A stretch of 64,000 bases of DNA from Antedon mediterranea. Lineage: Eukaryota > Animalia > Echinodermata. Within the stretch, counting starts at the first letter, position 1, and the number at the start of each line of letters is the position of its first letter. Positions 1 to 13,200 of the stretch are shown piece after piece. The position numbers were made by a program, and so were the translations under genes. The stretch spans positions 9,548,001 to 9,612,000 of the forward strand of contig NC_092674.1 in NCBI RefSeq assembly GCF_964355755.1, read 5' to 3'. The notes beneath the pieces were generated by a model. That model ran no database searches. It worked only from the letters and a program-made list of their open reading frames with translations, and was not told the origin of the DNA.

Positions 1-467
1 TGTAACACGTACGTGTGTGTGGGCTAGCCTCGATCGATCATTTCGAGAGGGCGCACGTTTTCACGGACAATCGTATTCGATTAGTATCTATGTATCCGAG
101 AAGTGTGTACCCTAGGTCCATGCTAGTATAATCACCTGGAGAATATACTAGTCGAATACCGTACACCATGTGGCCACCCAAGAAGGGCTTGCGCTAGGGG
201 TCGGCGATCGTGCGTATAACTATAAATAAATACTAGCCTATTCCAATCGTAAACGTTTAAAAATCAATTTTGATCGGAGCGCCTAAAACAGCAGCTCCAT
301 AATGAACAAATCTTTTCATCATATTTAGTATAACATCATGCTAAAATGCCTTGAAAACTAGGCAGAAGCAGGTTGCCGTTACGTTAGTATACTGTAGCTA
401 GGCATAGCCTACTCAGGCCTAGCAAACGAGGTGACAATATGTACAATCTGTGTGGTGAGGCATTTAT

Positions 468-549
468 GTTCGGTGTATAAGACGCACACTTAATTTAGAG
501 GTCTAATTTGCGTGACAAAAGTGCGACTTATACACCGAAACATACGGTA
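468..549. mobile_element. Right end of a Tc1/mariner (pogo/Tigger-like) non-autonomous element
   Basis: ttcggtgtataagacgcac ... gtgcgacttatacaccgaaacatacgg followed by TA. The left end was not found in the window. Confidence 0.55.
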
Positions 550-1208
550 TATGTCTTATACATTGGCAACATAGAAAATACTGGTATTTCAGTCTCTGTT
601 AATGGGTGCGTCTTATTATTATACATGTGCCACTTGTTCACCAATCGGTTTATGCTTAATAATTTAAATTGAGAGTAGTTGCGAGGGATAAAGTGCATTT
701 TCGGTTAATTGCATGTGTTGTTTAGTAGTAGTACCCAACGTACTCATAAATATTAGTACAAAATTTGTTGAATACAAGTATACGGTTGTAGCTATACAGT
801 TTTGTCAGCAACTACCGTATATGATAATTAACATATTGTAACCAATGCTAATTTACTATACGTTAATAATGATTAGGTGGCTGAATACAACAAGAATGTG
901 GAAATTGGGTATACAGTATTTGAAGCTGTTGACAAAGCAATATAGTTAATAGTGTCTGTAGCAACGACGACGAACTAAACAAAGAAATTAATTATTGATT
1001 TTTACAGTGTTGGATATCTTAATACTGTACACATGTTAATGTATCCTTTTGCCTTCATTCCTCAAGAGCCTTTCTTTCCGTTTATGATCTAGGAACATAG
1101 GCAGACTTGTGGTAATAATTTTGTATTGTACAATAGCGATGGCTGTTGGTTATATACACATGTTGAAAATATACTGTTGACTTTCATATTTATGTATTTT
1201 GATTTCAG

Positions 1209-1296
1209 GGTACCCTCTGTAGAGAAGACGCCTTTGTCTGAAGGGAATTTTGATAAGATGGAAGCAGAAAAAGTTCCAGTAAAAGATACTCATATG
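1209..1296 (+). CDS. SLC6 first visible coding exon (..[13 protein letters not shown])
   Basis: tttcag acceptor ends at 1208, ATG at 1258, donor ATG|gtatga is phase 0 and matches the next exon. The frame is also open from 1210, so the N-terminus may come from an upstream exon. Confidence 0.6.
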
Positions 1297-4200
1297 GTAT
1301 GATACAGTGCTACTTTAAATTGATTGTATTTTGTGGAAACTAAATCCCTCTTAACATCATAAAAGTGTTTAGAACTATCTCTTGACCAGGAGGACTCTTG
1401 TCCCCTGGACCGGAGATAATAGTACGATAGTAGTCCAATACTTCTGGTTCTTGTACTATGGAAGTTAAAATTTACATGTATACTATGGATTATGGATTTC
1501 ACTGTCTTTTATAAACATGATGATGCCATTTCACATGTATTCATGATCATCTTCCCTTTAATGGTTCACTATACATATCGCATTTAAACATTTCTTGATT
1601 CATAAATCTAAAAATAAATGAGCTATATTACTTTAAACAATAAAGTATTCTTCAAGTTTAATACCATGAAACAATGATAACAAACAAAATAGCTTATATA
1701 CAGGTTAGTCCCATAGGAAGTCATTATACAAACATACACTGCAAGTTGCATCTGACTTCCTGTTTAACCTTGAATATCAATCAGCTCTAATCTAAAGTGG
1801 TCATCAACAGATGAAAATAATAACAATTATTATATACACTGAAAGTGGAACTCAATAGCGCACATTAAAAACTGCGTTACAACTGCTTCCTTGTATTATC
1901 AGAATATTGTAAAGTAATTAGCTTTAAATTAGGTGCAATTTCCAAGAACTCTTAGTATCTTTTTCACAGGTCCCTCTGATTGAATATCCAGAGATATTAA
2001 ATATCCAGAGATATTGAATATCCAGAGACATTGAGTATCCAGAGACATTGACCGTGTTCGTACGGCGATTGAAATACACGTTTATTTGGTTTTTACCCTT
2101 GGGGTAAAACCCATACGACGTTCGTACCAATAAACAAAGTACCGGTAAGCTGACACGAAACCAATTAAGATCGGAATTCTTAGGTCAAAAAGCGCCCTCT
2201 GTGCGTCGACCCATATCAATTGACATGGCGTGTTGACAAATTCAACTGGATATTATATTGCATGTCGTTTCGCGCGCGAATCGTTCAATTATTATTTTTC
2301 AATCGACAACCAGACCTATATATTTATAATACATCGAATACAATTTACTTTTTAGATAAATAATGATCGAAAATCCTGCTAACGTATGCTGTTTGTTGAC
2401 CACGTGTATTTATCGTGCGAGCCGAACTATTGTTGTGGAAATTCCATTTAATGTACACGCACTGTACCCCTCTTGTAAAAATCACCACGTGTATTTATCG
2501 TGCGAGCCGAACTATTGTTAAGAAAATTCCATTTAATGTACATGCACTGTACCCCTCTTGTAAAAATCACCACGTGTATTCATTGTGCGAGCCGAACTAT
2601 TGTTGTAAAAATTCCATTTAACACGCACTGTACCCCTCTTATCGTGCGAGCCAAACGGCTGATGTGGTAATTCACAGACACCAGGCTACCACAATACAGA
2701 ACTCCCTGCCGTTACATGTACATTATAAGCCACCGATTTGCAAGTTCAGGTCACCGGAAAAAAACCAACGAGTTTATTATTTATATATAATTTTACAAAA
2801 CAATAGATATACATTCGCATTAACGAAAAAGAACATTTTAAACAATAATTGTTAAACAATCAGAAAGCTTATTTGAGGTCGCGATTTGACATGACCCCGT
2901 TAACGCTTGATTAATTATACCCCGAGGCAGCGTGTAATTGGAATGGGATTGAAATAACCAGTAAAGTTGGTGGATTTTTCGTCCAGATGGTTTTCTAATT
3001 TTTTATAGCCAGAGGCGTAAGTTAATTGCCACACGCGACCTCACAGTTGGAAGTACACCGTAGTTTCAGTCCCGTCCGAACGGGCCCATTGAGTATCCAG
3101 AGACATTGAGTATCCAGAGACTTAAAAACATAAACGCTAATAATAATAATCCATAAAAAAATGACATTATCTATATGTTTCCAGGCATAGCAGATGTTGA
3201 TGTGTATTATGGAAAATGGGTTTCCAACAAATCTTATTTAGTTGTCATCAAAATTGGCCTAGAGTAGCAGTAGATTCTGAATAGTTTAATGAACTCATTT
3301 TGTGTATTAAACCAATTAGGAGAAATTGTGCCTTTAAACTTGGTTCCCACATAAGATAAGATAAGATAAGATAACTTTTATTGATCCTCAAAAAGGAAAT
3401 TCATTGCTCGTCATAATAACAAGAAAACACAATAAAAACAAATATAGCATAAAACCATTCATATAAAAACATAAAAAAATACAAGATAAAATTATCTTCT
3501 TGACTTTCTGTTGTACTGGATGATATTGGAGGGAATAAAGGATTTGGCATATCGATTTGTTTTCACACTGAGGAGCCTCAATCTACCACTTGGATTAAGT
3601 TGGTCTATGATCACATGGACTCAACACAAAGATGTGTGCTTGCTGTTGTAAGGGTCTTTATACCTGTTCTGGGCCTTGCTTGGTTGGCTTCACATGCCTT
3701 TTTATCACATTATTTGAAACTAAACGAAAAACATTCAACACAGGACGGTAAACTATAAACGCTGAACATCGTACCTATTTATTATTTATATGGATCGTAA
3801 ATACACGTAATATTTATATGAAATACAAAAAGATGTATTGTAGACAGTCCTACTACTACTACGCAATCTGATGAATAGTGGGAAATTCCCAAAACATTTT
3901 GCGGGTAGAAATTTTTTTTTTCCCCTCAACCGGAAACAAGTTATTTTTTATTTTTGGCCTAGTTATTAAAATATTTTTTAATTTTGGCCTTGGTGCCCCT
4001 TCGATTTCAAACAAATGGCCTTGGTGCCCTCCCATTTGGCCTTGGTGCCCTTCGATTTCAAACAAATGGCCTTGGTGCCCTCCCATTTGGCCTTGGTTCC
4101 TCTTCGATTTCAAACAAATGGCCTTGGTGCCCTCCCATTTGGCCTTGGTGCCCCTAAAATCAATGAAAACCGGAGACCAAATGGCCTTGCCCCTAAAATC

Positions 4201-7200
4201 CCCAAATTCGAGGCCTGCGATGGGCAGTACTGGCGATGGGTTATTCAAATTGTCGGTTGTCATTGGTCAATACGGTATTTTTTGAATACTGTATTTATAC
4301 CGTATTTTTTGGCAGCAGAGACTGCGCTCATAAAAAAATTACCGTATTTTCCCCACAAAATTTGTGGATAAAATACGGTATTTACAAATTTATACCTATT
4401 TTTTGTACCCTTTTCTGCTGCCAATAAAAAATACCGTATTTTTTTTGACCTGCGACATGAGGTCAAAATCGTGTTTTTATTTTCTGTCCCTATCAGATGT
4501 TTTACACACGTGTATAGATATATTCGCGAAAATGTGGAGCGAAGATGTTAGTACGGTTACTATATAAATCTGTGTGGGGAGGGAGGGGGAGGGGTATGTC
4601 CGGCCAACTAAAAGGTAATAAAAGGGACAACCACATTAATAAAGACATTTCTAAAAAATAATGCAGGAGTACGGAATAGACTTCCTTGTCTCCAAAGCAA
4701 GTAAACTCAAAGCTGAAGAGCCTGCGAAAGCAGTACAACATTGCAAAAGACAATAACTTGTGGAGGGAACGAATTACTTGTCCTCATTACGATGTTTTCT
4801 GTGCTCTCACAACATCTCTATCACTAGGGCTAGGCTGTTGAAAGTGAGGCGTAAAACTTCCTTTATTGCGACTTTTAATTATCGACCAAATAAATGAATG
4901 ACAGTTTGGGTAAAAAGGATGAATTTTAACACGACCACCCAAGAAGTATTGTTAGCAGAAACGGAGTACTAAAAAATACTGCATAAAAAATACTGCATAA
5001 AAAATACTGTATAAAAAAATACGGTATAAGAAATACGGTATAAGAAATACGGTATAAGAAATACGGTATAAGAAATACGGTATAAGAAATACGGTATAAG
5101 AAATACGGTATAAGAAATACGGTATAAGAAATACGGTATAAGAAATACGGTATAAGAACGGTATAAGAAATACGGTATAAGAAATACGGTATAAGAAATA
5201 CGGTATAAGAAATACGGTATAAGAAATACGGTATAAGAAATACGGTATAAGAAATACGGTATAAAAAATACCGTAAGAACTCCCAGAAAGTACTAAATGT
5301 GGCGTGTTTATTTTTTTAGGTCAGATTTTCTTACATTTTGTGTAATCTGTAACTTGTTTTCAAAGTCTTTATCATAATTTGTTGTTGTTTGATAGGTGAC
5401 CCATAAAAATTAGAATAACAAAGTCATTATTTTCTTTAAATACTAATAGAATAATGAGATGGTTGGAACGTCAAAAGTAGAAAGCCGAGGTTCATGGGGC
5501 TCGCAAGTAGACTTTCTTCTAGCTTGCATAGGCTATGCAGTAGGACTTGGAAACATTTGGCGCTTCCCGTACTTGTGTTATAGAAATGGTGGAGGTAAGT
5601 GCTTATCTGGTCGATAGCAAAAGAAAATCCCAAAGAACTAGATTATTATAACCGTTTATAAAACATTCTGTGGAATATATTTTTAACTGCAAATTGTGGA
5701 CTCAATATGGTTTATTTCTAGTATAAATTTTATTCTTAAATCTCTGAGATTTTACATCAGAACCCGCACCGCACATCCGTGAAATCATAAAATAATTGAT
5801 TAAATTTTAAACGTTTCATTCTCATTTAATCTTTCTAATGGTACAATATGATATATTTAAATTACCAAACTCAGTTTTAAGGATTTGTAGTTTTTATGGA
5901 GTTTACAATATGGCACGACGTCATCGAGAGAATTGTATGTAAATTTTAGTATATTTGGGTGAAGCTGTCCTAATTTATATATTTATGCTGGTTGACTAGT
6001 TTATGACTAGACAACTTTCATCATAAAACAAACTATTGTATTGGTTCTTTTTAATAAAATTTATTATCTTAATTACATTTTTAAATTTCATAATCTAAAT
6101 AAAAATGAGTGATATATTGAGAATTGTAATCTATACTTTGATGTGAATCTTGGAATCTTTCCAGATTTTCTGAAACTTGTAAGGGCCTGTTTCTGCTGCA
6201 ACTGCTCAAAATACGGTATAAAAATACGGTATTTTTTATACCGTATTTTTTAGTACCCCGTTTCTGCTAACAATACTTCTTGGGTGGTCGTGTTAAATTT
6301 CATCTTTTTTACCCAAATTGCCATTCATTTATTTGATCGATAATTAAAAGTCGCAATAAAGGAAGTTTTACGTCTCACTTTCAACAGCCTAGCCCTAGTG
6401 ATAGAGATGTTGTGAGAGCACAGAAAACATCGTAATGGGGACAATTAATTCGTTCCCTCCCCGAGTTATTGTATTTTGCAATGTTGTACTGCTTTCGCAG
6501 GCTCTTCAGCTTTGAGTTTACTTGCTTTGGAGACAAGTCTATTCCATACTCCTGCTTTATTTTTTTAGAAATGTCTTTATAAATGTGGTTGCCCCTTTTA
6601 TTACCTTTTAGTTGGCCAGACATTTTAGCTTCCCCACACAAATTTATTTAGTAAAACTGTGACGTCTTCGCTCCACATTTTCGCCGAATATATATATACA
6701 CGTGTGTAAAACAGCTTATAGCGACAGAAAATAAAAATACGAATGTTGACCTTTTGCCATGTAAAAAAAAAATACGGTATTTTTTATTGGCAGCAGAAAC
6801 GGGTACAGAAAATACGGTATAAATTTGTAAATACCGTATTTTATCCACAAATTTTGTGGGGAAAATACGGTATACAAAATACGGTATATTTTTTATGAGC
6901 GCAGTTTCTGCTGCCAAAAATATACCGTATATATACGGTATTCAAAAAATACCGTATAATATACGGTATTTAGTTGGCAGCAGAAACAGGGCCTAAGTGA
7001 TCTTGTTTAATTTTGAGCTTCTGAACTGTTTCAACAAAGACAAAATATTTGATTATTTTATTTGTTTAATCATTAAACACATACCTGTAAAGTTAGGCAG
7101 CAGAATCAACATTTCATTTAATGGGGTTTGAACTGTTAAAATAGTGCAAATGTTTTGTTACTAAGTTGCAAAACCTATACAAGTTTTTTAAAAGTTAATT

Positions 7201-10200
7201 TAAAATGGTCAAGACAAATTAAATCAGTCCATCAAGAAAAAGGCAGGAGAGCACCGAATTGCTCTCCTTGTGTTTTCGTGAGAGCATTTTGGTTTCCTAA
7301 CAAAATTATCCATGGGTCTCTCTGTGGAGCTCAACCAACATACTACAGTCGTACGATTTTAAAAATAAAGAAATCAGGCCATGGCCTAACTTGGCTTGGA
7401 GTCAACTAGGTCTACTTGACCTGGCTAGGCTAGCCTATTATTTTAGCCCTAGGCTTAGGCTAACTATCTAGGGGCTAGTCCTAAAAATCGGACAGAAATT
7501 GTCATTTACCGGCATTTCACAGTAATACAATTCTAACCAGCAATAGTCAACAAAATATTGATAATAAGTTACTAAGTATCATTTCAACGATAATATTGTG
7601 CCTTTTACATACGGCGATCACACATGCGAATGCTGGCCAAGATAGAGCAGCAGCTGCTGGAAGGATGACAGCACATGTTTTTTTTCCACTGGATTTTAGT
7701 AACCAAAATGGTTGACATTTTTTTTGGGGAAAAAAATTCATCTAAAAAAAAAGACAGAAGTGAAGAATCTCTCTCCAAATAATCAATATGTATTAAAACC
7801 TACTATTAAATATTGTTATTATTAACTTAATTACAAAAATTGCTTGGCACCCAAAGTTGCTTTGTTTAATAAAAGAAACCATTGGTTGGTAGTTGTTCTG
7901 CTTGCTATAGAAATTTTTAAAGAATCTGTTATTTCTTGCCTGTACAGTACAATTACTGTAGATCTACAATTGTATTAAAATCTAACTGTCGTTTTCACAA
8001 TTGACGCACTCGGGTTCTGCACACCCTGAAAAACTTGGGCATGCGTAGTTAAGTAGCACGACTTTAAAAACCAAGAAGCGCCCTCATTATGGTAATCAAA
8101 GCTGAAATTATAAGCTAACCTAACCCAATAATCAATTGTATGTACTGTACTGCAATGAGTATAAAGGTTAATCCTTATTATTAACTGGAAGGAAGTCCAA
8201 TTAATTAAACAATAAAATTATCTGTCAGCAGTCTATTGTATGTTGGTTATTATTGTAAAAATAAAATTAATAAACAAACCTTTGTCAGAATAGACAAATT
8301 TTCCAATTATGTACCAGGTTTTCTTTTTAAATCCTTGTGCAATTACCAAAAGATCAAGTAACACATTAGGTATGATCAGTTATAAAACACAGCAATTGCA
8401 TAAATAATATAGATGGACATATTCGGTCAAAAAATAGACTTGTGGATTCGTTTACTTGGTTTTTTTACACATTGGTGGATATGTGCAGCACTCAACAAAT
8501 GTTATTGTTTTTTAATGATTTTATTAAACATGGAACATACAGGTTGCATGTTGTATTAACCTACCGTATGCAAACGCTACAAGATTTGTATGCAACCAAA
8601 TAAAGTCTACATGTCCAGATGTTTGTTGTACTGATGGCGATTAATAGTGAGGTTTCGCAACCTAACGAAAACGGATACGTCATACATTTGTGAAACTTTT
8701 GAGCTGATCCCCATTTCATATTCGTAAAGCGTATTCGTGTTGACGAATATCACCAGTCATATTCGTAACTACAAAACAAGTATAGTTTTTGATCTATTTT
8801 GCACATTTTGCATTTGAATCAGGAATGATTCATGATTATAATATAATTATAGATTTATTGAAAGTAATTTACTAAAGTAATTTACTAAAATGCCAAGTCA
8901 ATTTTGATAAATAGCAATTTTTAAAGTCCTCACTCGCTTTGATGTTACACTAGGCCTAGGCAGCCAAGTACCAAGTACCAAGCAACACGTTCCTGCGCTT
9001 CGCTCAAATTTACCGCAATCATATTTTGGACGCGCCTCAATATTTCGCTGCCATGCGAAACAGATTTTTTTATGGCTTACGAAAACGAATACGTGTGCAT
9101 GACGTATCCGTTTTTTCGTTATCGTATTCGTAAGATTGCGAAACCTCTATTAATAAATGATATAGCCATGTTCTATACTTATTTGTGGTACTGTACATCA
9201 TGGCCTATTGTTAATTAAATATTCTATCAACAATAAGACCCTATGCACTCTATTATCTTACAGTTAGCACAGTGTTGTCTCTGTTAGCTTTTAAAATATT
9301 TAATTGAGAATTTGACACAAGAGAACATGGCCATACAGTAGGCATTTTTGGCAGGCTGTAATACAAGTTTTTTATCTTTGCACATTTTACAATGGTATAC
9401 CAACTCTTCATAAAATTAATAAATATCGATGAAATTCAATTCATATGAAATTTAGTGGAACCTATCAATTCATATCAATATTATGGAATTAAGTGGAACT
9501 TATCAATTATTATCAATATTATTAGTATTGGAAGGTTGACTCTACAATACATGTCAATATTTGGGAATTTTGTCAATTCATATTGAAAATATTTGCATTT
9601 TCAATTCATATCAATAGTTATTGACAATGAAATGTTTGACTTGTTATAAATATCAATATTATTGAATAATTTGTAAAAATTTTTTTTATTTCTATTCTAC
9701 AGGTGCATTTCTGATTCCTTATTTTCTGATGATGGTAATTGTTGGCATGCCCTTGTTTTTTATGGAGTTGGCATTTGGCCAGTATGCTAGAGAAGGCCCC
9801 ATTACTATATGGAAGGCAGCTCCACTATTCAAAGGTAAACCTACTGTTGTTGGTGATTGTATATTTTTTTTCAGGTCTCTACTAAAGATGATATTAGAGA
9901 GCTGAATTTGACAACCGTGATGTCTTCGTTCGTTGACTGGACCCAGAAAACACCAAAACGGTTTGCATTCACTCAATGAATTAACATGACCTAACTCAAC
10001 CTAGGTCAAAGGTCATAGAAAGAAATCTTCCAATTTAAGATAGTACTGTAATTGACAATTATATAGGGGTCTAGGAGTTTTCTTTTAGTTTTAAATTTTA
10101 AAGCTTTTTTTTTGGTAGGTGTTATTAAATTATTAGGCAGGGTAAAAAGACCTTGAATAACATCAAGGTGGGTGGAAGATTATGATACATCCATGTTTTA

Positions 10201-13200
10201 TCAGAATCTTCTGAATGTAAGTGATGTTCTCAACATTGCATTTATAAATGTCACTCTGTTACCATCACACAAATTAATGGTAAACAAGTCTATTCAATTG
10301 AGTATTTAAAATGTGTGGTAAAGTAATCAATTATTTCTACATGTTGAAGAAGCTTATGCTGGTGTCAAAGGTTAAGGTTAACTTTTTTTTTATATACATA
10401 ATCTGTCCACATTACTTACAGTATTTAAAGTTTAAGTACCAGCAAAGTTATAATGTGTACAATTGATGTAAATGTTTTGTTTTTAAAACTAAATATTGAT
10501 TTGTTTTTTTATTATGTTTGCACGTTTAATTCACTAAATTAAAGAGATAGGCATTATTACTGTATTCTTCATTATTCAATTCTGAGTGAATTAATTTAAA
10601 AAATGAGTGAATAATTCAACATTTATGAAAAGCATAGACCAGTCAGTAGGCCTATTTGTACTGTATAATTTGTACTAATTAATTGTGCAATTTATAACTT
10701 GCAAAACAAATGTACAAATTAGTCTAGGGTGGGATTTAAATATGACCTTCTGAAGAATGCTACTTGGCAACAGATGGCTGAAAATTAATAACCTATAATC
10801 TAGCTATTTAATGTGTTCTCTTTGTCTTTAGTTCATATAAATTACATTTATTTCGGTCTTAGTTTTGTCTCAGTTTAGTTATTTCACTACATCTCTTGCG
10901 CAACTTCATATGATATTCAATAACTACTCCATTCAACTCTTGCGTCATTGAGAGTGCCATTTCGGTATATTGCGAGTGCCATTTCGGTATATTGCGGGTG
11001 CAACTTTTTGTATACACAGAGAGCAACCGGAACGTGCAACATGAGGCTAGGTTGACGTTCGAAAATTAAGATGTAGTGTGCTGCTGTGCATCGTCATCTT
11101 ATGTACTCCGTGTCCAAAATTTGAGTGATGCCTTTTCGAATGGTTTTAGGTGTCTCATTCAAAGTAGGTTTGTTGTAAATATAAAATATAACCTTTCACC
11201 TTTCACCTCATGAATTTATGTGTACCAGTACTATCATAAACATTCATCATTTGTATACTTTGTGGTTATTCTTAGGAAATCAGTTATTTACTTAAAAATT
11301 AATGATATGATAATGAAACGAAAAGTCATAAAACAAACTAATTACCAAGTCAAATAATTAAGTAACTGGTAACTCATTTTATAGTCCAAGGCCTTTCATA
11401 ATGAGTCATACAGTAGCATGATGGAAATTTTAACTGTGTTTTTAAATGTTATATTGCCATTTAAACCGGTTACTGAAAATTAATTTCTGCTGCCGAGAAA
11501 TAAGGGTTAATTTATTGCAGCAGAAACAAGACTGCAGTAGTGCACTTTTTATCTATCGGCATTGTAGAGCCTGTTGGTGGGTCCTAATGCCTCAATCATC
11601 ATCAGGCCGACAAGTAATTTATACATTGGTTTATAAAAAGTACAATCTATAAATGCTTTACAGTACTTTGTTTATTGAGTCATTGAACACAGTGAGATAT
11701 ATCTTGTAGTAGCACTGATAAGTGTTGTTTGACTTTATGAATAGCTGATAGCAAGTGTAAGTGTTTATATCCGGTGCGTTAACCTATTTGCAAGGTCCAG
11801 GTCCAAGATTATACTGTAACTCTAAGGGCCTCTTTCTGCTGCATTAATCAAGAACTGTTTATTTTGAAATTGATTAAAATAGATCATTTTTATATTGAAA
11901 AAAAATCCCAGTTTAAATCGGTGATTGTTCTGAGTATGAAAAAGCATTCATTACCCAAAATGCAATACACTCCGGAATTCATTCAAACGTTGAACATATT
12001 ATTATGCTAGTAGTATTTCTTAGGTTTTGTTTTGTTATCAACTGACATGATGGTCAGGGATTTTGACCAATGATGACAAAACTTCTATTTTAAACATTAG
12101 GTGTTGAATACCTTGACTTTTAAAGCCACAGATTACCCTATTCCTTGCTTTTGATGGCATAAACACTGTGAGTCAGAAAATAACCTTAACTTAAATCAAC
12201 TGGGCTGGTGATGTTGTTAATAATGTTTGTACAGTATTTTAGATTATTATAGACCAAGCCTAGCTAGGCTTAGTTTTGTACAAGACCTAGCTTTTTACCA
12301 TTTAAAGACAAAAAACTATCGCAATAGTTTGTGACATACAAGGAAAGCCTAAATATGAATGTAATACATAGTATACAAGATCGGGTGATATTGATAACAG
12401 TGTATGCAAAATGGATCCATTTTAAACATTTTTTGACTAAAATAAACAATGTAGGACATACTGTAGTATTAGTTTGAAATACTGCAATTTGCCTGATGTG
12501 TGTATGTATGCAAAGAGCACACATTTTGTACAGGTGGAAATAAGCAATAAACATTTACTTAAAAATGACCTGGATTTAAATAAGAAACCTCACCCTTTTC
12601 CTGTCTACAAGGACACAATTAAGTCGATGTTGGCATCAATGGATTCTTTTAGCTTGGATTAGTAGGATATTCAAAGCACAATATGTTGTCTTCTTAACAT
12701 GGCTCTCTTCCTGTTGTATTTTGTTGCATGCAAGGCAAGAGCAGATCTCGGGTTTTCAAACGCGAAAGCGCTATTAATGTATCATCAATAGTTTGTAAAA
12801 ATGAATTAATAATTTGTGCATCCCAAGCAAATGTCTGTCAATGGACCCGTGCAATGAGTGACGGGTTAATTATCATTGGCATTGTTTCTTTCTGATCTGC
12901 TTTCCTCTTCAACCTGAGTACCATGGCTGGGGAGGCACCCCAAATATGATTAGGCTTTTTGAAAAATTGTTTCCTTCCGAAGATTAACTGAAGCATAATC
13001 GACCTTTTAGAAATAATTTACTTCCACTTAGATTATATTTATATTATTAGAAAATAATATTTTTCATAGCTAACCCACACAAATCCATTATCATACTGTA
13101 CTTGTATTTGAGATTTTTTGCACATTTTCGTACACACATTCGCAAACCTTGAAAAAATATAGTTTGGGTGGTATTTGATTATGCATCCTCTGCGATATGA

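Noticed and set aside
3859-4371. Overlapping 118-135 aa ORFs with GHQGQMGG / WPWCPP repeats
   Set aside because: They are translations of the 51-bp tandem repeat, open in several frames on both strands, with no domain or splice support.
5016-5275. CRISPR-like regular arrays (also 21815-22640, 49795-50570, 58716-59236)
   Set aside because: These are head-to-tail repeats with no unique spacers and no cas genes, in a eukaryotic intron context.
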